From: Monocercomonoides exilis PA203
Lineage: Eukaryota; Protista; Preaxostyla
Length of the DNA stretch: 64,000 nt
Assembly (NCBI GenBank): GCA_001643675.2
Contig: LSRY02000009.1
Location: forward strand, 248,001 to 312,000
Direction: 5' to 3'
The translations under genes and the position numbers were made by a program. This document shows, piece by piece, positions 37,849 to 48,818 of the stretch. The notes beneath the pieces were generated by a model that did not search any database, had not been told where the DNA came from, and worked only from the letters and a program-made list of their open reading frames with translations. Position 1 is the first letter of the stretch. Each line of letters opens with the position of its first letter.

Positions 37849-40271
37849 GGCATAGGTCTATTTTGTACCAGTTTGGAAAGGCTTTTTAAAATATTTTTAT
37901 TAACATATTATTAATTCTCATAATTATTGCAAACAAACTGCTGATGGAAAATCGAGTAATTCTTCCATCAAAAACTTGATATTTTTTCTTTTTTTCTCAA
38001 CCCATAATTCTAACTTTTAGATCACAAAGAATAAAAAATTCAATTTCCTGGCTTTACAAAGTTCAGGACAACTTCACAATTCAATGTTCAAAGAGAGAAT
38101 AATATTTTTATTGTTTGGATAATCGAACTTTCACATCTATTGTTTATAATGATGTTATTTTTATTAAAATTATTATTTGAATTATTCAATAGTCTTAGCA
38201 AAATAATGGATGTTTCATTTAATAAATTATCGAAAGACTCTATTTATAAAGGTAAATGTTTTATTTATTGTGAAAAACAGTTTGCAATGAAATAATAATT
38301 ATTGGAACATTTATTATTTTTGTTTTTTCATTCTGTGATAAACATTGAATTTATATGAAAGATAGATATAATTGCTGCTTTTGTAAGTAGTTAATTGTTT
38401 GCAATGGGAGAGTGAGAATGGCGAAATAGGGACATTGGAAGAAAAGATGAAGAGGATGGAAGAGAGGAACACGTTGAGAGAAGATATTTAAGGAATGGAT
38501 CTATTCGACAAGATAGTGGAATAAAAGAGGAAATAAAAGAAGAAGAAGAGATGAACAGCTGGAATTCGGCTTCAAGACGTCTCGTTGGAAGAAGGAAAGC
38601 AGGAAACCAGTAAAGCAGATCTTTTCATGTATAGTTTTTCTGGGAAGAAAGAATGGCAGTGCAGAAGGAAGGAAGGAGGGACATTCAATGCATTGGGAAA
38701 ATGAGGTTATGTATTTTTGAGCTTTGTTTTTGTGTTGAATTTTGAAGGAATGTTTTGTGAAAGAAAAAATAAGAAATATAAGAGAAGAAAGAGATGTAAT
38801 ATTCAAATGATAGATGTCGTAATGTGTTTGAGTGTGAAAAATCCGTATTCTGCAGAAATGTTGGTTTAACCTTCGGCGAGCCTGTTGGCGATGGAGGAAG
38901 TGGAAGAAGCTGCTCATTTCGGAGTAGAGACAACAGAAAAAGCAGGCAGAACGAAAAGAAAAGAGAGAATGATGAGCCGGAGTTTATGGGGAGTGAAATC
39001 GATGAAAGAGAATGCACTTTTAAAGTCAGCAAACAAAGATGAGGATATTTTTTAAGAGCACAAGCCTCATGGAGCAGCAGATGGAGTCGAAGACGAAATA
39101 TACGAGAGAGCAGGGGCAATTTATTTTGGAAAAGCGAGAAATAATAATCAAAGGAGATATAAAGGATTGGAAGTGTGAAGTCTGTTGGTTCGAGAGAAAG
39201 AAGAGGAGGAAGAAAAGATGGAAAGAGAAGGAAAACGATCATTTGAAAGATGCGACGTTGGGACGGATGGCAATCAACTCAAAAATCCACAAAAATCGTC
39301 AAGTTTTTTTGTGGATGACTTTCAAAATCTGTTTTCTCTAATTTTTAATTCACTTCATTTATTTCTTTTTTCATTCCATCTTCTTTTTATGTTCTTATCC
39401 AATCAGAACTCATCTTATTCATCTCAAGTTTTTCAGATTCTGCATTTTGCTGTAAGTTTACAGAAAACTGTATTATGGCATTGTTCATGTGTTTTGTTTT
39501 GCCATTGAAAAATTTTCATTTCTAAATTTTTGAAGAATTTTTTCGTTTAAAAAAAGAGATCGGGAAAAGTTCAATGAATGACTTGCGCACATATGTTATT
39601 TGAAATAAAAAACGAAAAACATGTAGAAAAAGGATTTGCAGCCAGGAACAGACATGGTACATGGCACCATCTGAGGGATGTGACTCGATCCTTGAGGTGG
39701 TACGGGTGCTGAGCCTCTGGGCTGACTGGGAAATGGGGCAGCGATTTATCGGCCAGAGGGCTGTGCCTGTGCATGGAGCATGTTGTGATGCCTCTTTCTA
39801 CGCGCTGTGTTGCTAATATGTTGTGGTAGGGTTGCATGAGTGGGCTTGTGGGGCAGCTTGGTGTCGGTGGGTGTCACCGTTTCCTTTCAGAATGTTATCT
39901 TTTCAGCCAAACTGGTGGAGGTGTGCCATTTTGTTTGCCTCACGAGGGAGCCGTTGACGTGTTGCACCTTTTTTATTTCTATTTTTTTGGATTTTATTTC
40001 TCAGCAGGGCGCAGCTGGGGATGTTTCGCCACAGAAGAATTTTTCGATGATCCGGGCACCTGGGTGAACCAATACAGCGGGGAAGGGGATGGGAGCAATG
40101 GAAACAGCGATTGGGAGGGGTGTAAGGAGAGACGAGGGGCTGCAGCAGAATTTTGTTTTTTCATCTCAAATGCAGTTATTGGCAGCTGTGGCAGCGCAAG
40201 CACAAATACGGATGATTTTATTGGATGACCTTCTTCAGGCCTGGGATTTGCCGTTATTTCAGCCAGCATAA

Positions 40272-41990
40272 TTATTTCGACTCCAACTGCCCACTCGTCA
40301 CACTGAACAGCGTCGTTGAAATCGAAGAAAGAGAATTCGTCCCAATCACACTCGCTGCTTTCCCTCTCCCCAAAACAGAAATCTTCTTTTCCCCAACATT
40401 GATCGTCGCCCCTTCGCTCACATGCCTTCCACCCAGCACTGTGATTGTCGAGCTCAGCTGCGCCATGCTCGACTCCACCGCATGTCCCACTGTCTTGCAA
40501 GGTGCAGACTCGCTCATCCCACACAGATTGCTCGTGTCACTTCCACCCACCCCAACATACCGATCCTTCATCCCTTCCTTCAACCATCCCTTCTTTTCTG
40601 TATGTTGAAGGCTATTACCATTATAGCACACTCTCCTGTTATCACCATTCGTTGTGTACGATTCGTAGAATGGGTTGTATGACGAAAAGAGATTGTTATT
40701 GTCTTGAAAATACACATCGTGGCCATATGGAGTGGAAGCGTTGCAACTGCAGTCATGGAAGAAGAAGAAATAACAATAAATGTTGTTGCTAGGAGCTATT
40801 TGTTGGTTTGGATTGAAACACAATCCTCCGCCATATGATACAGCTGAGCACGAAATAAATTGGAGACTCCTCATTTTGAATGCAGATGGAACATTGTAAC
40901 AATACATCCCTCCACCACTTGAATATGTTAGAGAGCACGAAGTGAATGAGCACCCAAACACGCAAGCGCTCTCTCCTTTGCCGCTTTCTGTTCCAATACA
41001 CGAAGATCCAGAAACATTAAAATTTTCGAGATAAAGGCCTCCTCCGACGCTATTCGCTTTGCATTTCTGGAATTCGCATCCACTGATCCTGACACACGAA
41101 GTAATATAATAAGCATACATCCCTCCTCCGTAATCTTTTTGAGCAGTGCATGCATTGAACGAGTTGTTCTCAATCTTGACTGAATTGAATAGCAAAAAAT
41201 TCCTCCCCCAGCATAATGCGCATAGCAGTCATTGAAAGAACAAAATTTCACTGAAAGCGTTCCCGATCCCAGGTTATACATGTTAATCGCACCTCCACTC
41301 GATACCCCATCTGAATAAGAACCACTTGTTCCAGTGGTTTTTGTGCCATTCCACACACACCAAGTGAATGAATTTGCCTCATTGTCTGCTATCTGCTGTC
41401 TCGCTGGTTTCGAAGGATTATCTTCACTCCCATTGACTGCAACATTCTGTGATCGATAGCACCTGACAAACGAGGTGTTCGAGGCATCCAGGGATGATGA
41501 AGGGCTGTTCAGAGAAGGAACAATTCCACCATCATACACATCACAAACAGACAAAAAGGAGCAACTATTCATTAGATATGGTGTTTGGTGAAAGGATGTG
41601 GTCGGAGTTGAATATGCCTCATTTGCTGTTGAAATGTTGAAAAATGATAATTTGGAGAGGGACATAAGGGATATAGATGGTGAAAAGAAGAATGGGGAAG
41701 AAGATGAGAAACGCGATTCACTCACTGAAATTCTTCCTTCTCTTTTGATTTTTTGACCATACGCCTGTTTTGCATCTCCGCGCTATGTAGCAAAATATTT
41801 CCGAAAGTCAGATCCTTTTACTATCTCTCCTGCTGAAGACGATTGGCTTCCATTAAAAGCAGAAAAGCATCTTTTTTCTTCAATGCTTCTGAACGGAAGC
41901 AACATTCCAACATTCTTCATCATTTGCTTTTTTCCAAAATCACTTTTTCAACTGTAACCATCCTCTGCCTTCTTTCTATATTCCATTCAC
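40272..41990 (-). pseudogene. Captured, frameshifted and 3'-truncated fragment of a beta-helix surface-protein gene
   Basis: ORFs 40928-41725 and 40272-41195 join by a frameshift (GGGIFCYSI/NSVKIENNSF). Motifs GGAINM, FFFFHDCSC..GHDVYF and CGMSESAPCKTV are shared with the 28637-36436 family. It ends abruptly at 40272. Confidence 0.85.
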
Positions 41991-42544
41991 ATTCTTCGCT
42001 TTTGAATATTCATCCAAAAAATTCTTATTGTCATAAAATAATTATAAAAAATAAATGATAAAAAATCATTCAAAGAAAAATATGAAAAAAATATTACAGA
42101 AACATCAAAGGATTAATTTTGTACAAGAAAAACAAAACAAATTATACAGCAAACCTTTTTATTTTGAGTTTTCTTCACACACTTTTTCTTCCTCGTCGTT
42201 TCTTCTCCTCCTCCGACTAGTATTTCTTCATCCCTCCAATTTCAATCTCAAAACCCTTCTTCTCCATCTCCGCTTTCTATCTCACGGCCAATGAAATTGG
42301 TCCTCTTCTGCTTCCAAATTTTGTTTATTTCCTTTTCTCAGCATAGCTTCCAGCCAAATAATTCCAACAGCCAAAATAATAAAAATAGACGATGACGACA
42401 ATATAATAGAAGATAACAAAACAGAAATAGAAGATATAAATGAAGATGAAGAAGACGAAGAAGACGAAGAAGACGAGTCTGAAGGAGATGAAAAAAATAA
42501 AAGGAAGAGAATAAAAATACTGCAGAGCAGAGAATAAAAGCAAA

Positions 42545-43010
42545 ACAGCTCCTGTTCCAATCACGTTCTTCTCTTTGCCCATTCCAATAACTGAAATCTT
42601 CTTTGATCCAATCTCAATTGTTGTTGTCTCGCTTATGTGATTCCCATCCATCAGCGTGATTGCCAAGCTAATCTGCACCTCACACATCTCAAACGCTTTC
42701 TTCACTGTCAGACACGGAAATGTTGTATATGCCCCACACAGCTCATATGAATCATTTCCATTCATTGAAACATATATCGTCTTGTCTTTCAGCCAATCCT
42801 TTTTCATTGATTGATCATATGTCCAGGCACTTGCAATTGCATAATTGTATGCATAGCACACCCTCTGGTCGTCTGTGTTTGTTGTGTAGCATTCATAAAT
42901 TGGATTGTCTGAATTCAAAAAGACATTGTTATAATCGACATAATTCGCATCGTGGCCAAGTGGAGAATCGGCTGAGCATTTGCATCCGTGGAAGAAAGGG
43001 AAACGACAAT
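42545..43010 (-). pseudogene. Second captured internal fragment of the same surface-protein family
   Basis: FFHGCKCS..GHDANY...YECYTTNTDDQRVCY...DWLKDKTIYVS..CGAYTTFPCLTVKKAF...IGSKKISVIG, paralogous to 40330-40780; no start and no TM. Confidence 0.8.
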
Positions 43011-43732
43011 AAATCATATTGAAAAGTTGTGTAAGCTTTTTGTTAAAACACAACTTAACGATATTCGATGATGATGAATAAAAAACAAACAATTGATCCA
43101 TATTTTGCACAGAAAAAGGTAATTGCTGAAATCCTTTTATCCTCCTCTGAAAGTTGAAAAAAAAAGTGATGCTAACAAAAAGATAATATGAAAATGTCAT
43201 TCACTTAAACACACAATTGCTGAATCATCAAAAAAAAACGATAAACAAAAAAAGAATGAAAAAACATGTAAAAATTCATATATTATCAATGCAAATTAAT
43301 AAACATACTATAAATCTGATCATTAAAGGGGAACAACATATTTCTGCTTGCGTCATATCAGTAAAAAAATTTGTTAAGGTGAACAAAACATTCAAATGTG
43401 TATTTTTTCATATACTCTACATTCAAACATTCATCGGTCTGTATTACTTCAAATAAAAACAAGGAAATTGTCAATGCAACAATGTCAAATATGATCAAGT
43501 ATCATTTCATTAAAATGGCATTGTAATGAAATCTTTTTAAATAGATCATGATCAAAAAGATAAAATTATGGGTTGAGAAAAAAAGAAAAAATATCAAGTT
43601 TTTGATGGAAGAATTACTCGATTTTCCATCAGCAGTTTGTTTGCAATAATTATGAGAATTAATAATATGTTAATAAAAATATTTTAAAAAGCCTTTCCAA
43701 ACTGGTACAAAATAGACCTATGCCAAAATATT

Positions 43733-44820
43733 ATTAACGATAGTGAAGAAGAAGGAGAAAAAGAAGAAAAGAAGAAAAAGACAGTCACTCTGAAGATTGT
43801 TCACGAATTCAAAAAGCGCCATTTGGAATTGAAGTCGTCGCTTCCAAAGCAAGTTGATATTAACAGACTTGCAGCATCTTGTCAGAAAGTCCTAAAGCCG
43901 TGGTTTGCAAAATTAAAAACATTACACGACGAAAATCAATATCACGAGGAATTAATCATCAGTGTCTACGAACCTTCGCTTAGCATTCCAACTTCTTCAC
44001 GTGGCGTTGTTGTTCATCCTGCAGATGAACAAGCTGGATTCAAAAAGACTGCAGAACGGATGCCGAATGCTACTCTCGTTGCTGTATTCGCTGCTGATGG
44101 CTTCTCTCTTCCTTCTGTTGTGCTGTGTCCAAGTGAAACTCTTCTCAAAGAACTGGCGATGCAATTAACACAGTCACTTGAAATTTTCCCAAGCACAAAC
44201 CGCTGGATGGCAAGGAAGTCTTTCAAAAAATACACCTTAACAGTATAGCTGCCAGCTATCATTGACAGAAGAAAACGTATCTTGAAGGAATCTCATCGTT
44301 TCTTTCTTCTCCTGGACTCGAACTCATCACGCGCTGATCCAACTATATGGAGACAGTTCAAGGAAACCGAAATTGACGTCGTCACCTTCGTTCAACATTC
44401 TACACATATTTCGCAACCGCTGGACAGAGGAGTATTTGCAGTATTGAAGTCAGAGCTATCAAACAATTACAGCTCTCCATTATCCACCTCCTTATCAGCA
44501 AAAAGAACAGCTGTTGCAGATGTGTTGCCACAAGCCCTTCACACTGCATTCATTCTATCGGTGATCAAAAAAGCCTTCATTAACTGCGGAGTCCTCAGCA
44601 GTGGATCTGGATCGATTCAAATGAAGCTTCCTCAGTCTTCTCAATACTTCATTCCTTCTCATTCTCATTGTTTCGACTTCTTTTGAAAAGAAATAATAAA
44701 AAAAAAGCTTCTTGACGAATGAGGTGAATATAATGAAAAACACAAGATGTCAATTAAAGAAAATATGGAAAAAGAAAAAGAAATTGAAGAAGAAGAATTG
44801 CTTTTGGGAAAAAAAAGTTG
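43733..44820 (+). pseudogene. Pogo/Tigger-type (DDE_1) transposase, 3' part
   Basis: INDSEEE..VHEFKKRHLELK..VDINR (CENP-B HTH-like), AADGFSLP, RWMARKSF, in-frame TAG at 44246-44248, LLLDSNSSR, HSTHISQPLDRGVFAVLK and KKAFINCGV. Confidence 0.88.
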
Positions 44821-44930
44821 AAAGGGCATTCAAAATAATAAAGAATGATGGTGATAAAATAAGTGATGAATTTAACCCCTTTGAACGTGAAAACAGAAAA
44901 AGAAAAGCGAAAAGAGTAATTCATTTTTAT

Positions 44931-44936
<6 letters not shown>

Positions 44937-44970
<34 letters not shown>
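44937..44970. repeat. Poly(T) tract
   Basis: Directly visible. Confidence 0.9.
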
Positions 44971-44975
<5 letters not shown>

Positions 44976-45106
44976 CTTTTTTCTTTTCTAAAAATTTTGA
45001 TGCCAATAAAGAAAAAAGTGCCAATAATAATATGAACCTGGAAATGTCCTCATTTTTGAAAATTTTAATATTTGAAAATCAAATTCCAATGTCTTTTTGT
45101 TCATTT

Positions 45107-45630
45107 GTGTGATTATTTTTGAAATAATATTTATTCTTTCAAATTTTTCGGTTCGAAAATTTCTTTTGAATGAAACAAATGGGGCAAAATATTTCTATCA
45201 GGCATTTTCGTTAAAAAATTATGCATTTTTCATTGATTATTTTTATCAAAAAATACGTAGAAAATATATTCATTTTTTGACATTCGTGAAACATTGAAAA
45301 CCTTTATGTTTTGATTTCAACGATGCCTGTTTACGGATATGAATATCAAATTTATTTTAAAATCTGAGAAAGCGAAACAAAGTTATGAGTGAAGTGATTT
45401 TTCAATTCTTTGTGCAAAAAAAGCTTGAAAGTCCGTATTTTCCCCCAAATGAACACTGAAAAGTGAACGGGCATATTCAAGACCTCTTTCTTTTTATTTC
45501 ATATAGTGCATTTGTTTTTGAATCAGTTGTGATTATTTGGCATTTGAATACAAAATCTCTTCCCAAAGGTAAACAATCTTTGAAAAATCAATACCCCGAA
45601 AAAAAGATATGAATTCAAAAATAATGACCC
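45107..45630. mobile_element. MITE family 'GGGTGATT', copy C, hosting a nested MITE
   Basis: Ends GTGTGATTATTTTTGAAAT / ATTCAAAAATAATGACCC with ATTT flanks; colinear with 20378-20633 once 45181-45450 is removed. Confidence 0.75.
45181..45446. mobile_element. 266-bp MITE (same family as 21338-21603), TSD AAAT
   Basis: GGGGCAAAAT...GCTTGAAAGTCCGTATTTTCCCCC; AAAT at 45177-45180 and 45447-45450. Confidence 0.85.
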
Positions 45631-46061
45631 ATTTATAACTTTTCATATTATAATTAATCTTCAAACAGTCATAATTATTTCACTTATGAGATAGTTGTAT
45701 TCTGTATTTTGACATGCAAATAACAAAAATTGAACCATCACAGACGGTCGTGTCAAAGAAAATTGTGATTTTGATTTTTGAATTGTGTCAATGCAAGATG
45801 CAAAGAGCAATGCAATATAACAAATATATATATGTTTATATTTTTTATTTTCATTTTCCACAAAATTTCCAAAAATGTTTTATTTATTTATATACTTATT
45901 TTTGGACTGAATTAATAGCATTATTTTCAACACACCCCAAGGTTAAATCAATTTTAAAATACGGGTTTGATAAATAGACTTTTTTAATATAATCGGAACA
46001 ATTCATCGTTAACATATTGAAATAAATTTTTCTTTGATCATCAGCCATAACCCATTCATGC

Positions 46062-48391
46062 ATGAAATGTCTAATGAGTGTATCATTACATGGTTTGAGC
46101 TTTATTTTTTATTTTTTCTGGATTAATTACGAGAAATTTATTGTTTTCCTTTATTTTAAAGATCTCCCAACAGAAGTTTTAAGGCTGTTTGATTTGTGGT
46201 TTTTATTAAACATTTTTTTAACTTTTTTTTCAAAGAATCTTTTCATTTTGCAATGCAGACACATTAATTACACTTGGTGCTACGTGCAAACTATTTAGAG
46301 AAATAACTCAAGAGCAAAGGTTTGAACTCTTTTTGCATTTTGAATTTTTTTCATTTAAACAAAGAGTTTGGGAGAGATATGGTGTAATTGAATTATCAAG
46401 ACTTCTTATGCAACTTCATTATTATAGAAATAACTTTAGTTGTTATTGGGCGGGAAAAGATGTTGGAAGTCATGCACATTCTGAATGTTTAATTCGAAGA
46501 AAATTGATAAGTCCATTCGGTTGGAAACATACTTTTTTAACTTTGAAATATCTTGAACGCCAACAAAGAATTTCAACGTTAAGTGCATCTAATATTTTTA
46601 CGGAAAAAATTATATTCTCGCCTTTCGCCGGTTCAAGAACAGATAGACTATTATGTTGGAGTATTTTGATTGTAACAATTTTTCTTCTTTTCATTTCTTC
46701 ATTTATGGTTGGCCTTATTCAGCCATCAACAAATGGATTTGCATTGTCAAATTCAATGTTTGTTCGTCCATTTGTTTTTCGTTTCGCTTCGCTGGACTGC
46801 TTTGCTTTCCTGATTCATTTTTTCATCCTTCTTCTAATTCACCGAAAATCCAATCCATGTCATTTCTTCACATTTTTCATTGTTTCTGTTGGGGTTCTGG
46901 CGATTCATGTTTGCGCAGATCTTACTGCAGATAGAGCTCTCGACTCAGTTTGCGACAAACAAACGAGAATCTCTGAATCGAATTATCAGAACATTCAGAA
47001 AGGGCAAACAAATCATTTACTCCACCAAACAACAACAACAGCAACAACATTACATTACATAAGCTCCTTTTCCCCGTTGTACACTGACACAAGCACGGAC
47101 AAGGCAGAATTCGATGTGTCAGAGCAGAAGAAGGCAGCTGAGCACACATTTTGGGTGCTGGAAATGATTGGGCTGATGATTGCGTCTGCGGAGAGGTCAC
47201 TTTCGTGGATAGCAGCCTTCTCAAGGGCATCGAATGACAAGGCAAAGGCAAAAGAGAAGGCAAAAGAGAAAGCAATAGAAAAAGAGAAGGCAAAAGGGAA
47301 GGCGAAAACAAATGTGAAAGAGAAGGGAAATGAAGATGAACTTGCTCATTTGTATGGAGATGCACCAGATGCAGCAGGAGGGATTGAGCAGATTGATGTT
47401 TTAGAGCCATCTTCTGCTTCCGATTCATTTTATGCTTCTTCTTCTTCTAATTCATCCATAGCTCTTTCATCTTCTTTCTCATCTTCAGTGAATAATGCAA
47501 CAGAAGAAGAAGAAGAAGAAGAAGAAGAAGAAGACGATGATGAGATTCCTGATGATGAATTGCTTTCTACTGGAACGAATATGAGCTTCCTGGCTGAAAT
47601 GAAGGAGAACGTACGGTTTTTGCCACTTTGGATCATTTTGGCGATTTCGACGATGTGGATCATACGGATGAACCTGTCTGCGCAGCTGTATTGTGTGCAA
47701 TTCTTTTTTTATTGTTCTTATTTTTGCTCTTCTTCTGTTTGTTTATTTGTTTATTTTAATTTTATTTCATTTGTCCATTGTGTAATCTTAACTTTCTTTA
47801 TTTTTCAAATTTTCAATTTTTCATTTTCATTTTTGTTTACATCTTCTTCTTCATTTTTTTATCTTTTTTTTTATCTTTTTTTTTTGAAAACTTATTTTAT
47901 TGAATGTCTTTTATTGATATTCCACATCACTTTCTTATCCTCATTCAGTCCGCCCTGTGCTTCCCTGGACGGTCATGTTCTTCTTCTTCTTCTTCTTCTG
48001 CATATTCCTCTGCATCCCAATGCTGTTCTACAAACCCAATTTGCCTTCAAATTACAAATTTCGACTGAATTTTCTGGTTTTCCTGCGCTGTGCCTGCTGT
48101 GTCTGCATCGCTGTATTTATTCTGCTGCCTCTTCTGCTCATATCACTCACACTGGATGGCGTGTTTGGCAAGGACATCGAAGTCTCAAAAATCGGAATTC
48201 CATTTTTGATCTATTTTGTTCTATTGATTCTCTCTGTGGGCTTCTTTTTGCTGGTGCTTCCTTTCGTTTTGAGGCACAATTCTCGTTTGTATACAACTGC
48301 TTTAGTCGCAAGATGGAAATTATCGCCGGAAACCGACACTTCACTTACGGGTGCTGTCATTAATCGATATTACCATATGCGATCTCCTTAA
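46062..48391 (+). CDS. F-box domain protein with multiple transmembrane segments (~630 aa)
   Basis: Exons 46062-46092, 46162-46186, 46236-46319, 46365-47692, 47949-48391. The spliced N-terminus is SLHDLPTEVLRLIFSFCNADTLITLGATCKLFREITQEQRVWERY (F-box consensus LP.E+L..IF..L....L......C+.+). Several hydrophobic helices follow. Confidence 0.82.
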
Positions 48392-48818
48392 AAATAGTCA
48401 CATTTTTTTTTTTTACTATTTTTGTATTCATTGTTATGTTTGAATTGAGCTTTATTTCTTTTTCAGTATATATATGTGTTTGCTTCAATTATTCATCATT
48501 GCATTTTTTTGAAGATATTTTTTATTAAAGCTTTATTTCATTCTTATTTTTTGAAATTAGATTTTTGTACCCTTTATTTTTTAAGTTGATTATTCTTTTA
48601 CTTTTTTTGAGGCTATAAGAATGGAACGAACATTCTATCAAACGATATTTATGCGAACCTTAAGATTACTAAAAGTTAAAGATGGAATTTGAGCTCAAGC
48701 TTTTTGAATAGTACTGTTCACGAAAACGTGTCATTTTGTTATCCTCCCTTTTCTTCTCACAATCTCACAATAAAAGTGTGAAATAGAAAAATAGCAGATA
48801 CAATTTAGAGCATTTCAC

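Larger units (their letters stand above)
37849..43724. mobile_element. 5,876-bp non-autonomous DNA transposon with 161-bp identical TIRs and 8-bp TSD (Merlin- or MULE-like 'Pack' element carrying gene fragments)
   Basis: 37849-38009 is the exact reverse complement of 43564-43724 (GGCATAGGTCTATTTTGTACC...). AAAATATT occurs at 37841-37848 and 43725-43732. No transposase is recognisable inside. Confidence 0.95.

Noticed and set aside
37240-45050. Terminal inverted repeats of the pogo element (TTCCAG... / ...CTGGAA)
   Set aside because: Only about 6-9 matching bases and no TA TSD; the ends cannot be supported.
47693-48363. C-terminal third of the 676-aa ORF
   Set aside because: It reads through a T-rich intron; the spliced frame (YFRPVLPW...) is more plausible.
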